DNA of 64,000 nucleotides from a plasmid: sequence record NZ_CP097382.1; one strand, 5' to 3'. Shown piece by piece: positions 31,270 to 41,670 of this stretch (position 1 is its first letter; each line of letters starts with the position of its first letter). The notes under the pieces were generated by a model. It saw only the letters and a program-made list of their open reading frames with translations, ran no database searches and was not told where the DNA came from. The position numbers and the translations under genes were made by a program.

Positions 31270-32487
31270 ATGGTTAGAGCAAATAATCAGTTCAACAAAA
31301 TTGCGAGTCGCTCTGTCAGATTATTGCAATCGTTGACTGAACAAGTTCAATCTCAAAAAGAGGAACTGAATGAAACCGCTTATTACCAAGTTTACTCTAA
31401 AGCAGCCGTCGCTAAATTGCCTAAGCTGACTCGCGCTAGCGTCGATTATGCTGTTAATGAAATGGAAAATGCGGGATACGTATTTGAGAAAAGGCAAGCA
31501 GGAACTGCATTAAAGTACGCGATGACAATCCAAAATATTGTCGATATTTATCATCATCGTGGTGTCCCTAAGTACCGTGATCGTTACCCTGATGCATTCA
31601 CTTTTTTTGTTGGAAATTTGAAAGGGGGGGTCTCAAAAACGGTCAGTACAGTATCGTTGGCTCATGCATTGCGTACGCATCCTCATCTCATATTTGAAGA
31701 TCTTAGGATTTTAGTAATAGATCTTGACCCTCAATCATCAGCTACTATGTTTTTAGATCATATGCAATCAATCGGCGTGGTTGATACTACTGCAGCTCAA
31801 GCTATGCTACAGAATGTGACTCGAGAAGAATTGCTAAATGAATTTGTTTTACCTTCAGTGATTCAAGGCGTTGATGTGATCCCCGCATCTATTGAAGATG
31901 CATTTATTGCCTCTCAATGGGAATTATTGTGTGCAGAGCATTTACCAGGTCATAATATCTATACTGTTCTGCGAGAGAATATTATCAATAAAGTTAAAAA
32001 AGATTATGATTTTATCTTTATTGATAGTGGGCCTCACCTTGATGCATTTTTATCAAATGCAATTGCTGCGGCAGATATTTTAATGACGCCAGTTCCGCCT
32101 GCTCAAGTGGATTTTCATTCAACACTAAAATATTTAACACGGCTACCAGAGTTAATTGAATTGATAGAATCTACGGGAGCTAATGTTAACTTGATCAGCA
32201 ACATCGGTTTCATGTCTAAATTGGTGAATAAGACGGATCATAAACTGTGTCATAGTTTAGCTAAAGAAATTTTTGGGGGGGATATGCTCGATGTTGCTTT
32301 ACCTCGACTTGATGGTTTTGAACGCTGTGGTGAGTCCTTTGATACCGTTATTTCTGCCAATCCTGCAACGTATATAGGAAGTTCAGAAGCGTTAAAGAGT
32401 GCAAAGATTGCAGCAGAAGATTTTTCTAAAGCTGTTTTTGACCGAGTAGAATTTCTACGTGTGGATAGAGGTTACTATGCAAACTAA
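31270..32487 (+). CDS. parA: type Ia partition ATPase ParA/SopA (with N-terminal HTH extension)
   Basis: 405 aa with the deviant Walker A GNLKGGVSKT and a long N-terminus typical of SopA/P1 ParA. Confidence 0.85.
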   Translation: MVRANNQFNKIASRSVRLLQSLTEQVQSQKEELNETAYYQVYSKAAVAKLPKLTRASVDYAVNEMENAGYVFEKRQAGTALKYAMTIQNIVDIYHHRGVPKYRDRYPDAFTFFVGNLKGGVSKTVSTVSLAHALRTHPHLIFEDLRILVIDLDPQSSATMFLDHMQSIGVVDTTAAQAMLQNVTREELLNEFVLPSVIQGVDVIPASIEDAFIASQWELLCAEHLPGHNIYTVLRENIINKVKKDYDFIFIDSGPHLDAFLSNAIAAADILMTPVPPAQVDFHSTLKYLTRLPELIELIESTGANVNLISNIGFMSKLVNKTDHKLCHSLAKEIFGGDMLDVALPRLDGFERCGESFDTVISANPATYIGSSEALKSAKIAAEDFSKAVFDRVEFLRVDRGYYAN

Positions 32488-33460
32488 AAGAAAAACTATC
32501 GGAAGAACGTTAAGTGCATCAACATTAACGCATTTAACAACAGACCAAAAACATTCACAACGCTTTGTACTTAAATCAGGCAAGTCAGCCATTTTTTATT
32601 TGACGGATATTCCAGCTGATGAATTAGCGGATAAAACGTTTGTTCGATTTCAAATGAATGGGCGTGACCAAAATGCGTTAACGCCAGAGTCACTTGTTGA
32701 TATTACGCGTACAATTCGTCTGCAACAATTTTTCCCCGCGATTGGGCATCGAATAGATGGAAAAATTGAAATTTTGGATGGTTCAAGACGAAGAGCTGCA
32801 GCATTGCTGTGTAATGTTGGACTTTCGGTCTTAGTTACTGATATTGAAATCAGCAGTGATGATGCAAGACAATTGGCGATAGATATACAAACGGCTAAAG
32901 AGCATAACTTAAGAGAGATTGGGTTACGTTTATTAGAATTACGAGAAAATGGTATGTCACAAAAAGAAATTGCTCTTTTTGAAAACATGTCTGCAGCAAA
33001 AGTGACTCGGGCGATTCAAGCTGCTTCAGTACCCGATGATATTATTGCACTATTCCCTGTTCAATCTGAACTCGCCTACGGCGACTACAAATTATTACTG
33101 ACAATTGAGCAGCTTATAGAATCAAAAGAACTCGTAAAACGGGATATTATTGATGAAGTTAATGAGAAGATTGCGCGATTAATCGATAACAAGAAAATCG
33201 CGTCAGATGAACTAAAAAAAGTCATATTAACAACATTAAAAAATATTACAGAGCAACTTGTATCTAAGAGTAAAAAAAAGGAAACGACGGTAAAACCTCT
33301 TTGGGAATTTGAGGATAAGAATACCTATGCGAGGAAACGAGTAAAAGACCGCGGGTTCAGCTACGAATTTAATCGTATTCCCAAACAGGTACAAGATGAA
33401 TTAGACCAATCTATTCAATCTATTATTAATGCATATTATTCAACAATGAAGGCAATGTAA
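32477..33460 (+). CDS. parB: partition protein ParB/SopB
   Basis: ParB box (IEILDGSRRRAAA). The start overlaps the end of parA, with a GAGGT RBS. Confidence 0.85.
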   Translation: MQTKRKTIGRTLSASTLTHLTTDQKHSQRFVLKSGKSAIFYLTDIPADELADKTFVRFQMNGRDQNALTPESLVDITRTIRLQQFFPAIGHRIDGKIEILDGSRRRAAALLCNVGLSVLVTDIEISSDDARQLAIDIQTAKEHNLREIGLRLLELRENGMSQKEIALFENMSAAKVTRAIQAASVPDDIIALFPVQSELAYGDYKLLLTIEQLIESKELVKRDIIDEVNEKIARLIDNKKIASDELKKVILTTLKNITEQLVSKSKKKETTVKPLWEFEDKNTYARKRVKDRGFSYEFNRIPKQVQDELDQSIQSIINAYYSTMKAM

Positions 33461-33684
33461 GAAGATATGTAAAAAAGTGGAGTTGCCACGCTATAAGGTG
33501 GTTATTGGAGAGTTTTATCTCTAGAAAGTAAAACCCCCAAAATCTTCTCTATCTTGGCGGACTGAGGAAAGATTTTGAGGGCTCAACGTAATTCTGTCAG
33601 GAAAAGGTTAGCTTCCTGATAGGGAGTATAGAATTATGCAAAACAAAATTCAACTCCTTATGTGCTACATAAGCGCAAAAAAGG

Positions 33685-34620
33685 ATGGATAATATAAAAA
33701 GGACGGTGATGACCAGTTCTATTGGTAAAATTCATCGACATTTTGCGCCAAGATTTTTAGGTCAATTACCGAAATTGGTGCCTGTGCGCCGCTTTGCGGC
33801 GGCGTTAAAGCGTCACGATTGGAACCGAAACCCCCATATTTATCAACTGCGATACAGTCGAAAGCAACGGATATCCGTGCGTTCAGAGCGTCGCGAAACC
33901 TTTGATGCGTTAGCAATGGCCATGATTGCCTATGCGGATTACAACCCTGAAAGTGATGCGCTCTTTGAAGTGATGTGTTCAGTGGAAAAATTGGCGGAGC
34001 TGTGTGGTCAGTTGTACCGTTATGACAGTGGTCGTAAAAGTTATGACCCCATACTCCATGCTTTGCGCGATTGGGAACAAGCTAACCTGATTATCATTGA
34101 TCGCGATTTTGATATCGAGGCCAAACAATACAAAGCGATGCGGATTTGGATACGTCCGGAGTTTTTCCACGGTTTAGGTTTTTCCAAACTGGAACTGAGA
34201 GAGATTGTAAATCGTTTTAGCCGTTGGATGGAAAAACAAGGATTAAAGGAGAGCTATCAAAAGCGGTACGCAAAGCATGTATTGCGCCTCGCGCGTGCCA
34301 ATGTCGCCTCCCTCGATAACAAACACAAACTCCGCAACTTGCTCAATAAACTTAAAACGTTGGTGATTGGGGAAGATGAAGCCCTGAAACAAGAGAAGAA
34401 ACATTTAGCTAAAGCGCTGAAGGAAAAGAAAGCCTTAGCCCAAAGTACGCGTGCACCTGAAAGTCCAGAGCATGCCGCCTGGCGTCGATTTGAAGCCTGG
34501 AAGGTGACGCAGCCTATCGCGGCCGTCATGGCCTTTGAGCGAAAAATGAAAGCCCTGTATCCGAGTGTTCAAGGGCAGGCTATTTACCTGCATTATCTGG
34601 AACACTTGCCCGACTCCTAA
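33685..34620 (+). CDS. repA: plasmid replication initiator, IncFII RepA family
   Basis: 311 aa. The architecture and blocks (ETFDALAMAMIAYADYNPESD..., LIIIDRDFDIE...) resemble RepA1-type initiators. GC is higher than the surrounding DNA. Confidence 0.6.
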   Translation: MDNIKRTVMTSSIGKIHRHFAPRFLGQLPKLVPVRRFAAALKRHDWNRNPHIYQLRYSRKQRISVRSERRETFDALAMAMIAYADYNPESDALFEVMCSVEKLAELCGQLYRYDSGRKSYDPILHALRDWEQANLIIIDRDFDIEAKQYKAMRIWIRPEFFHGLGFSKLELREIVNRFSRWMEKQGLKESYQKRYAKHVLRLARANVASLDNKHKLRNLLNKLKTLVIGEDEALKQEKKHLAKALKEKKALAQSTRAPESPEHAAWRRFEAWKVTQPIAAVMAFERKMKALYPSVQGQAIYLHYLEHLPDS

Positions 34621-35325
34621 TTCACCCCCCTAAATTAACCGCCTTGACTGGCGGTGGTTTCGTTTGCCCTAAATCTGGATAGCCTGTTTTTTAAACAGAA
34701 AATTCGTTAATCCAATCGATTTCTTCATCTCGGCGATGACACCGCGACTATTTTCGTTGGATATTTATCCTATTAACTTCGAATGGCTTTATTATCTGCA
34801 ATTAACTTCGAATCCGTTTAAGGTTTTAAGGTTAAATTCGTTTTTAGATTCTGAACTAAACGTCCTTTCTAATAAAAGGAGTTGCGGCTCTGCTTTTTCA
34901 AGCCGCACACTCTAAAGAGATAAACCCAATAAAGCCTTCGCTCACAAGCCATAAATGGCTGTCGCTCAGAAAACGGTGTTAAGTCCCGTAACCACGCTTC
35001 CCTAAGCACGGCATCCTGCCGCGCTAAGTCGCAGATACACGCGGCGGCGAGGCGTTGCCTCTGACCGCGTCACTGCGCTTAACTAGGAAGCTTACCAACC
35101 ATCATACCGGTGTCATGTTCATTAGGCTCAACCAGGGCGGGGGGAGGTTCTAGGACATTCAACACATCGTAACCGCTTCGCGGGTCTCGACGGCCCTAAC
35201 CACTATTCGTTCTTTGTGACTATTTTTGCCGTCTACAGCCCTACGGGCGGGTGATTTCGGTGAAATTTCATGATAATCTACGATTAATACATTGATGATA
35301 AACACGATTTTGGTGTGAGATTGGA

Positions 35326-35889
35326 ATGGAACGCAAAACACTGACGTTAAAACGTCCGGCGATAAAAAAAGACTCGGAAAGTACTGAACCGGTTATTCAA
35401 CGTCGCCGTAAACAGGTGGTGGTTAATACACAGCGTAAACCCCATAAACCCGCCAAAACAGCGCCAGCTCAACCTACTAAAAAAGTAACCCCTGCGAAAA
35501 AACAGAAAGCGGTGGTCATCCCATTAGAAAAAAAAGTTATTCCGCCAACGCCACCCAAAAAACATCTCCCCTTAGAGGACGCTATCGCGAATATCTCTGA
35601 ATATTGGCCACAACTCTTTCCCAATGGACAACTTCGACCGATGGCGGTAGGCACACGTGAAGCCTTATTGGCGGATAAAAAGGTGCGTGAATTGCCGATT
35701 TCATACAAAAAATTGAAACGCAGTCTGGCCGCTATTAGCCACAGTGTGAAATATCGCACGACGATTATGCCTGGTGCGGTACGCTATGATAAAGACGGTC
35801 AGCCGAATGGGACTGTCACGGAATCGGATGTCGCCGATACGTTAAAACGCATACAAAGACTCGCTAAACAACAATCACGACCCGCATGA
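35326..35889 (+). CDS. finO: ProQ/FinO-family RNA chaperone (FinO-like, lysine-rich N-terminus)
   Basis: A K/P-rich N-terminus followed by a ProQ/FinO domain (ISEYWPQLFPNGQLRPMAVGTREAL...SYKKLKRSLAAISHSVKYRTTIMPGAVRYDKDGQPNG). Confidence 0.8.
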   Translation: MERKTLTLKRPAIKKDSESTEPVIQRRRKQVVVNTQRKPHKPAKTAPAQPTKKVTPAKKQKAVVIPLEKKVIPPTPPKKHLPLEDAIANISEYWPQLFPNGQLRPMAVGTREALLADKKVRELPISYKKLKRSLAAISHSVKYRTTIMPGAVRYDKDGQPNGTVTESDVADTLKRIQRLAKQQSRPA

Positions 35890-35899
35890 CAAAAGTAAT

Positions 35900-36417
35900 A
35901 AATCCCCCGATTTCTATCCCCATGTTATCAGCCCATTTCAGCAGGGTGTTGGCAGCACAGGCAAACAACTGATTGAGTAACGGCCAGTTGAGATTAAAGG
36001 CAGGCCAGAGTTTATCAGGCATGGTGAAGGTGATGTGCTGCCATTCGCAGTCGGGCAGAATGTGTTGTTGCTCAGCTATCCACTGTTCGGTGGCTTTCAT
36101 ACCACAGGCACTGCAGCCTTTGCTTTTGCAGCTCTGGCAGAAATATTTTGAGTGAGTACAGTCGGGAGAGGCGCAGCAATAACGTCGGATCCCCATGGCA
36201 CTGGTGCCGCAGGCGAGCATGCGCTCAATGACCAGTTTAGTCCATTCGGGAACAGTAGAGCCGTGTTTGATGAGTAGCCGGTTCCAGCCGTCATCAATCT
36301 GAAAGAGAAGTTTTGCTGGTCGGGGAATATACATACAGCGGATTATAACGGGAGACAGTGACTGAGGACAGCCATTGACTTGCAGAGTCTTAGCTCCGCC
36401 GCAGGCGGCTATTGTTC
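35900..36417 (-). mobile_element. diverged IS91-family fragment (transposase N-terminal ~150 aa) ending in GTTC and abutting IS91 copy A
   Basis: ORF 35864-36334 is about 70% identical to the N-terminus of the 399-aa IS91 transposase (MYIPRPAKLLFQ...CEWQHIT...). Homology stops near the finO stop codon. Confidence 0.75.
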
Positions 36418-37859
36418 ATGGTTAGGAAACTGGATGAACAATTTAACGAGTCTATAAGGGTATGTTTGGTAGCAGAGTCTGTTAAAAGGTCTCTATCGTA
36501 TTTAAACTTAACCATGATAACGCGTAATTGCGCTATTTTTAGCCAAAAACGGGGGTTTTAGATACACTGATCCTAGGCGGCTGTTTGCAGCCATCGTTTT
36601 TTGGCCATTTTATCCCGCCTTTCTGACAGTAAAGTGAGTGCGTGTATGCCTTTTTCCGCACTCATAAACCGCAGTCGGTTTCCACATAAAATACATTGAT
36701 ACGGATCTGTGTTTAAAAAACCTTTGATAAGGGCCGCAAAGCCGGGTTTTTCAGGTACGTTCGGATGTATCATGTCCAATGCGTCATACACTTTAGATAA
36801 TAAACGCCCACGCTTGCGATTGGCTAAAAAACCATAATAGCGGATCATCTTAAAATGCCGCGCGGGGATATGACTGACATAACGTCGTATCATTTCTTCT
36901 TGGGACAAGGTCTGTCGTCGATATTGTTGGCTATGGTGATCATAATAATGATGGATGACTGTGCCACCGCTGTAGTGTTTCAACTGAGACGCCGAGATAG
37001 GCGGACGTTTTAGGTATCGGCCCAGATATTTCACATTATGCCAAGCGCCTCGGGTCTTTTTGGCAAAATGGAGTTTCCAATAACGTTGAAACTGTGCATT
37101 GAGGTAACGACACCAGGTTGGGTAATCGCGAATATGCCCGAAGCCAGGCAATTTATTCGGTTGTAACTGAGCATAATTGTCTCGAAGGAGCCGAATAACG
37201 GCGCTGCGCCAGACTTTCTCGACGTCTTTCTTTTTGAAAAAAATGGGTTTCCAGGTGTCATATTTTGTGAGACCGCCTCGGGTCACCGACAAATGAATAT
37301 GCGGATGTTGATTAAGTTGGCGACCATAAGTATGCAAGGCACAAAAAATACCAATTTCGAGGCCATGACGTCTGGCGTGTTTGAGCATAGCTCGCGTGGC
37401 ACAGCGAAATAGTTGATTAAGTAAGGTCCAGTTGTTGTTAAAAAAAGACCAAAGCAGGTGGGGCATCGTGAGGGTGATGTGTTGCCATTCGCAGTCTGGC
37501 AAAATATGGCGCTGCTGTGCGATCCATTGTTCGGTGCCCTTGAGGCCACAGGCACTGCAGGCTTTGGATTTACAGGTTTGACAAAAGAATCGCGAATGCG
37601 TGCATTCAGGAGAAGAGCAGCAATAGCGGCGAACACCCATCGCGCAGGTGCTACAAGCGAGCATCTTTTCAACACAGAGGAGTTGCCATTCATCGACAGG
37701 GTTGTTATCAATGAAGCGGTTCCATCCGTCATCGTATTGAAATAGCAGTTTAGCGGGTCTGGGAATATACATAGAGCAGAGTATAAAAGACGAGAAGGGA
37801 GTTGCCTAGAAATAGAGCGGCTCAGCCGCGATGCTCACGCCACAGGCGTGCTTATGTTC
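36418..37859 (-). mobile_element. IS91-family insertion sequence, copy A (identical to copy B at 60374-61815)
   Basis: A 399-aa HUH/Y2 rolling-circle transposase (36573-37772) with a zinc-binding Cys cluster and an HPHIH motif. The element is 1442 bp, preceded by GTTC and ending in GTTC. Confidence 0.9.
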
Positions 37860-38310
37860 TTTCCATACGTAAACAATCGATGAATTATTTCCTGTCATGC
37901 CATACTTTTTACAATCAAAAGTTCCTGATGTTGCTGATTTCGCTGAGGCATTTGGGATATACACTGTAGTCATAATAGAGCGCCTATCCTTGACAACATT
38001 TTCGATATAACGTCGAGCAGTAGATTCATTGTCTAATAAATTACTACAATCTATCTGATCTATAGTAAAATATCTCACATATTCTCCATTGGAGTATAAA
38101 ATGGAAATATAAACCGAATCTTTTCTATGGCACCCACCGCACTTATCTCCAGGCCAATCTCCTTTATAATAAAAAAACGTTACTTGGATCCCCTACATAT
38201 ATAGCAGAACCACTCTTTCCATCCGAAGATAAATCAACATTAAAACCCGCAAAACAAATAGAAGTATAAAATCCCAACACAGAAAAGATCAAAATTTTAA
38301 TCATATATAA
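37806..38310 (-). pseudogene. small secreted Cys-containing protein gene of unknown function, frameshifted in a T7 tract and 3'-truncated by IS91
   Basis: A signal peptide MIKILIFSVLGFYTSICFA starts at 38310. The frame breaks in the homopolymer at about 38176-38182 (T6 would restore it). The last ~17 codons of ORF 37806-38078 are IS91 terminal sequence. Confidence 0.6.
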
Positions 38311-38353
38311 AAACCTCTAATAAATATTTTTTTTTCTGGCTATTAAGCATTAA

Positions 38354-38844
38354 TTATTCGTACGACAGCGTAAAGCCAGCTACGGAGCTAATTTCACCGG
38401 CAGTGATAGTTTTAATATCACCACCACTACCCATTAAATACGCCGAGAAACGCAGGGTATTATTACCATCCTGAATATTTTGGAATGGAGTTAGTGTAGC
38501 TAACGTAATTACATTCCCGCCACCATTTGTAATTTGCACGCCTACTCCGCGCCAGTACCAACAATACCTAATGTTTTATTTGAATTATCAAATGAAGCTG
38601 CTGCACCACTAAATGTTAATTGAACGCCTTTCTTTACGTCAGTTACATCACAATTTTCTAAAGAGATGTCAAAAGTACGTGGAGTAGATTTACCACCATT
38701 AACTAAAGCCATATTTGATATTTGTCCAAGCTCAACAGTTTGATCAATTGAATTTGGTGCAATAGAACATGGTACATCAATAATAGAGCCTTTAAAATTC
38801 ACTTTTCCATGGCCCATATCTGCTGCAAAAATAGAGGTGCTCAT
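38354..38844 (-). pseudogene. MrpA-like major fimbrial subunit pseudogene (duplicate of 42640-43170, at least two frameshifts)
   Basis: Two ORF pieces (38542-38844 and 38354-38539) are about 90% identical to the operon-2 major subunit. A 1-nt deletion in the signal peptide removes the start context. Confidence 0.85.
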
Positions 38845-38950
38845 AGCACTAGAAACTAGTGCTAATAAAAAGATTTATTCATATATTCCTAGATTATTTA
38901 CAAAATTTTCAAAAGTTTTTATTTTTGTGAAAATGTTTAAATTACGATGG

Positions 38951-39280
38951 TTAATAAAAGTAGGTAGTATCGGAAGATGCAATTATTGCTTTCAATAATA
39001 TTGGGTTATCAGAATTCCCACCCTCCATTTCAACTAAAATATATTTAATTATTTTTTCAAGTGGAACATTTAAAATAATTGATAAATTAAATAACGTACT
39101 CAAAGAAATTTTATTAACTCCACGTTCATATCGAGACATCTGTTGTTGTGATATATTTAATTTTCTTGCCAGTTCATCTCCTGTCATTCCACGTTCTCTT
39201 CTAATTCTCTTAATAATTTTTCCGCAATAAGTGGAAATTTCATTTTCGTGACTAATAATTATATTTTTTTTAATTTGCAT
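38951..39280 (-). CDS. MrpJ-family HTH regulator (paralog of 42226-42558)
   Basis: ELARKLNISQQQMSRYERGVNKISL motif. It sits directly upstream of the mrpA-like pseudogene. Confidence 0.75.
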   Translation of the reverse strand: MQIKKNIIISHENEISTYCGKIIKRIRRERGMTGDELARKLNISQQQMSRYERGVNKISLSTLFNLSIILNVPLEKIIKYILVEMEGGNSDNPILLKAIIASSDTTYFY

Positions 39281-39773
39281 GTTTATTATTACTTCCAAAA
39301 AAATAAAAATGATTACCTATTATTAATTGTCCATAAATGATTGGCTGTTTTTTTAATTAACACAATTATAAAAAGTAAATAATTAAAAGTAAAACTCCTT
39401 TAATTGAACCGTATATTAAGTATCAAATTGTTACAACTTTTACTAAATAGTGATAAGACTTTAAATATCAATGAATTATAAAAAAACATCAGTTTAATTG
39501 TTTTTTATCCACTCGAAAATGGATAAAAAAAAATCAATATTTTAATCTAAAAATAAACTAAAAATAGATATTTAAAGTTGAAATTTACGAAAATTAATAA
39601 TTTGACTTAAATATTTGCAAAAAAAACAAAAAAGAAACACAATACGCATTTACTGGGTTTTTTATTTAATGAAAAAAGCTTAATAAAATAATAATAATCA
39701 TTGTTTTTCAAATAATTACCTTCAAACTCTATTGGCGCGTTAATGGTTGGGTAAATGGATGAATTGTTTAACG

Positions 39774-40558
39774 GGTCATGTATTCAATCCGGTGTGTATC
39801 CTGTAATATAGGTAATTTACCGGAAAATAGTCATGACTAAAGTCGATGTAAGGTGCGCATTTTGTCTACAAACTTCCTCAGTGAAAAAACATGGATTAGG
39901 GAGTACTGGCAACCAACATTATCGTTGCCAAGACTGCAGCCGAAGCTTCCAACTCGATTATGAATATCGAGCCTGCCAACCCGGAACTCAAGATAAAATT
40001 ATCGACCTAACGATGAATAATGCAGGTATTCGTGATACTGTCAGGGCTCTTCATATCAGCATTAATGCTGTTGTTCGTACTTTAAAAACTCTCGCCTAAT
40101 CAGGTAACTTCTTTACCCCTTGATAATTTGCACATTGAACTCCTTTGCAAGGTTGATGAATAGTAGTCTTTTGTCGCTAATAAGAGGCAACAACGCTGGC
40201 TCTTATATGCTTGGGAGCCCCGTCTAAAACGGATTATTGCTCATATATTTGGTCGTCGAAACAAGAGCCCCCTTCGTCAGTTACTGGCTTTACTATCGAG
40301 GTTTAATGTGGCTTTTTGGTGCGCGGATAAGTTCAGTGCTTATGAGATATTGTCCAAACAAAAATATGTGGTAAGTAAGTTTTATACACAACGAATAGAA
40401 AGAGAGAATTTGAACTTGAGAAACCGTTTAAAGCGACTTAACCGTAAGACTTTAGGTTACTCAAAGTCACCAGAAATGCATGACAAAATCATCGGCACAT
40501 TCATAGAGCGTGAATACTATCTATTATTATGATGATCTCTATATTGAATACACGCCCC
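39774..40558 (+). mobile_element. IS1-family insertion sequence (insA plus frameshifted insB)
   Basis: InsA-like ORF 39833-40099 (zinc finger CAFC...CQDC). The InsB C-terminus is in ORF 40308-40532. Terminal IRs GGGTCATGTATTCAAT / ATATTGAATACACGCCCC. Length is 785 bp. Confidence 0.85.
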
Positions 40559-40605
40559 CTTTTTCTGTACTCATAAACCGCGGTCGGTTCCCATATATGT
40601 TAATG
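40559..40605 (+). mobile_element. ~45-bp IS91-like relic abutting the IS1 right end
   Basis: ccctttttctgtactcataaaccgcggtcggttccc is about 80% identical to gcctttttccgcactcataaaccgcagtcggtttcc inside IS91 (36645 and 60603). Confidence 0.4.
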
Positions 40606-40639
40606 ATGATAAACTTCATTTCTCAATAACACATTAATT

Positions 40640-40912
40640 TTATTTGGTTTTTAAAGACCAACAACTTCCACCATACAATGTAGAGCCAACGATTTCTTCC
40701 CATATACCATGTTCGATGAGTAAGTGTTTAACCGATTGAAATTCGATAGCGCTTAAAACGCATTCCTCTTCTCCTTTTGGTGAGATCAGAAGATAACCTT
40801 CAGGTATGCGAACAGAGGATTGAAACACAGATTTCGTGGATAAACGATAAAATGTAGTGATTGTGTACGCTCGGCGTAATAGGATGAGCAGCTGTTCTGT
40901 TGATACCGCCAT
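40640..40912 (-). CDS. hypothetical protein (91 aa)
   Basis: An ORF only, downstream of the recombinase fragment. No recognisable motif. Confidence 0.25.
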   Translation of the reverse strand: MAVSTEQLLILLRRAYTITTFYRLSTKSVFQSSVRIPEGYLLISPKGEEECVLSAIEFQSVKHLLIEHGIWEEIVGSTLYGGSCWSLKTK

Positions 40913-40944
40913 ATATTTATCCTCCTTTATAAATAGAAAATAGG

Positions 40945-41193
40945 TTATTTTTTCTGATAACGCAGCTGAATTCGACAGACTTGTGAACAACTATAGCCTG
41001 TGGCATCGGCGGTTTCACGAATACTCAGCTCTTTGTCTTTTCGGTAATAAATCACTTTCTCATGGCGCTCTTTATCTGCCTGCTTTCCTTTGTATTTACC
41101 TAAATTTTGGGCACGTTCGATACCTTGTTTTTGTCGTTCAAGGCGACTGATCCAATCTTTGTGTGACATGGCCGTCATCAAATCAATCAACAT
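40945..41193 (-). pseudogene. serine recombinase (resolvase/invertase) C-terminal fragment
   Basis: ...ERQKQGIERAQNLGKYKGKQ... followed by an HTH (LSIRETADATGYSCSQVCRI). The catalytic N-domain is absent, and the upstream side abuts the MITE-like element at 41203. Confidence 0.65.
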
Positions 41194-41202
41194 GGTATTA
41201 AT

Positions 41203-41670
41203 GGGCTTGTTGCAAATAATAAATTAGCGTATTTTTTGCCCATGCCCCATGCCCCATGCCCCATGCCCCATGCCCCATGCCCCATGCCCCATGCCCAATG
41301 GCATGTTTCACGCTAAAACCGTCTCCACATTGAATAAGCGATTCATAAAGGCAGAGCGCTCCCGTACACGAAACTCGGGTTCATCACGACGTAGCCATTC
41401 ATCAAATTGACCCTTATTCAGTTTCCGCAAAGTTTCAATGCCTTGGATTGTTGCCCAGGCCCGCTTAGAGATTTTGAACCCCTCGTTCAGCCAGCATATC
41501 ACTGACGTTGGCATAACTGAGTGGTGTTGAGCCATACTAACGTAAACACCAAAGGATAATCGTGGAGGCAAAATGTTTCCATTTGAACTCATTCGCTGAC
41601 ATGGCTTTTCCTAAAGAGAGCATCGACAGTATGAGTGTTTATCAATTAGGTAATTTTTGCAACAAGCCCC
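41203..41670 (-). mobile_element. IS6-family internally deleted MITE-like derivative, copy 1 (carries an 8-unit heptamer array)
   Basis: 14-bp terminal IRs GGGGCTTGTTGCAAA. It encodes only a ~45-aa transposase N-terminus fused to a ~30-aa C-terminus (ORF 41308-41592). It is 468 bp versus 420 bp for copy 2. Confidence 0.8.
41241..41296. repeat. tandem heptanucleotide repeat (CATGCCC)x8
   Basis: Eight perfect 7-bp units. The paralogous element at 52031-52450 has a single unit at the corresponding position. Confidence 0.95.

Noticed and set aside
35326-35889. The lysine/proline-rich N-terminus of the FinO-like ORF as a spurious low-complexity translation.
   Set aside because: The C-terminal 110 residues carry a clear ProQ/FinO domain, and FinO itself has a basic extended N-terminus. 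It is kept as a real gene.
41241-41296. A tandem heptamer array considered as a possible CRISPR or minisatellite locus.
   Set aside because: The units are 7 bp with no spacers and lie inside an IS6-derived element. It is a simple microsatellite expansion, not a CRISPR array. No repeat-spacer architecture was seen anywhere in the window.
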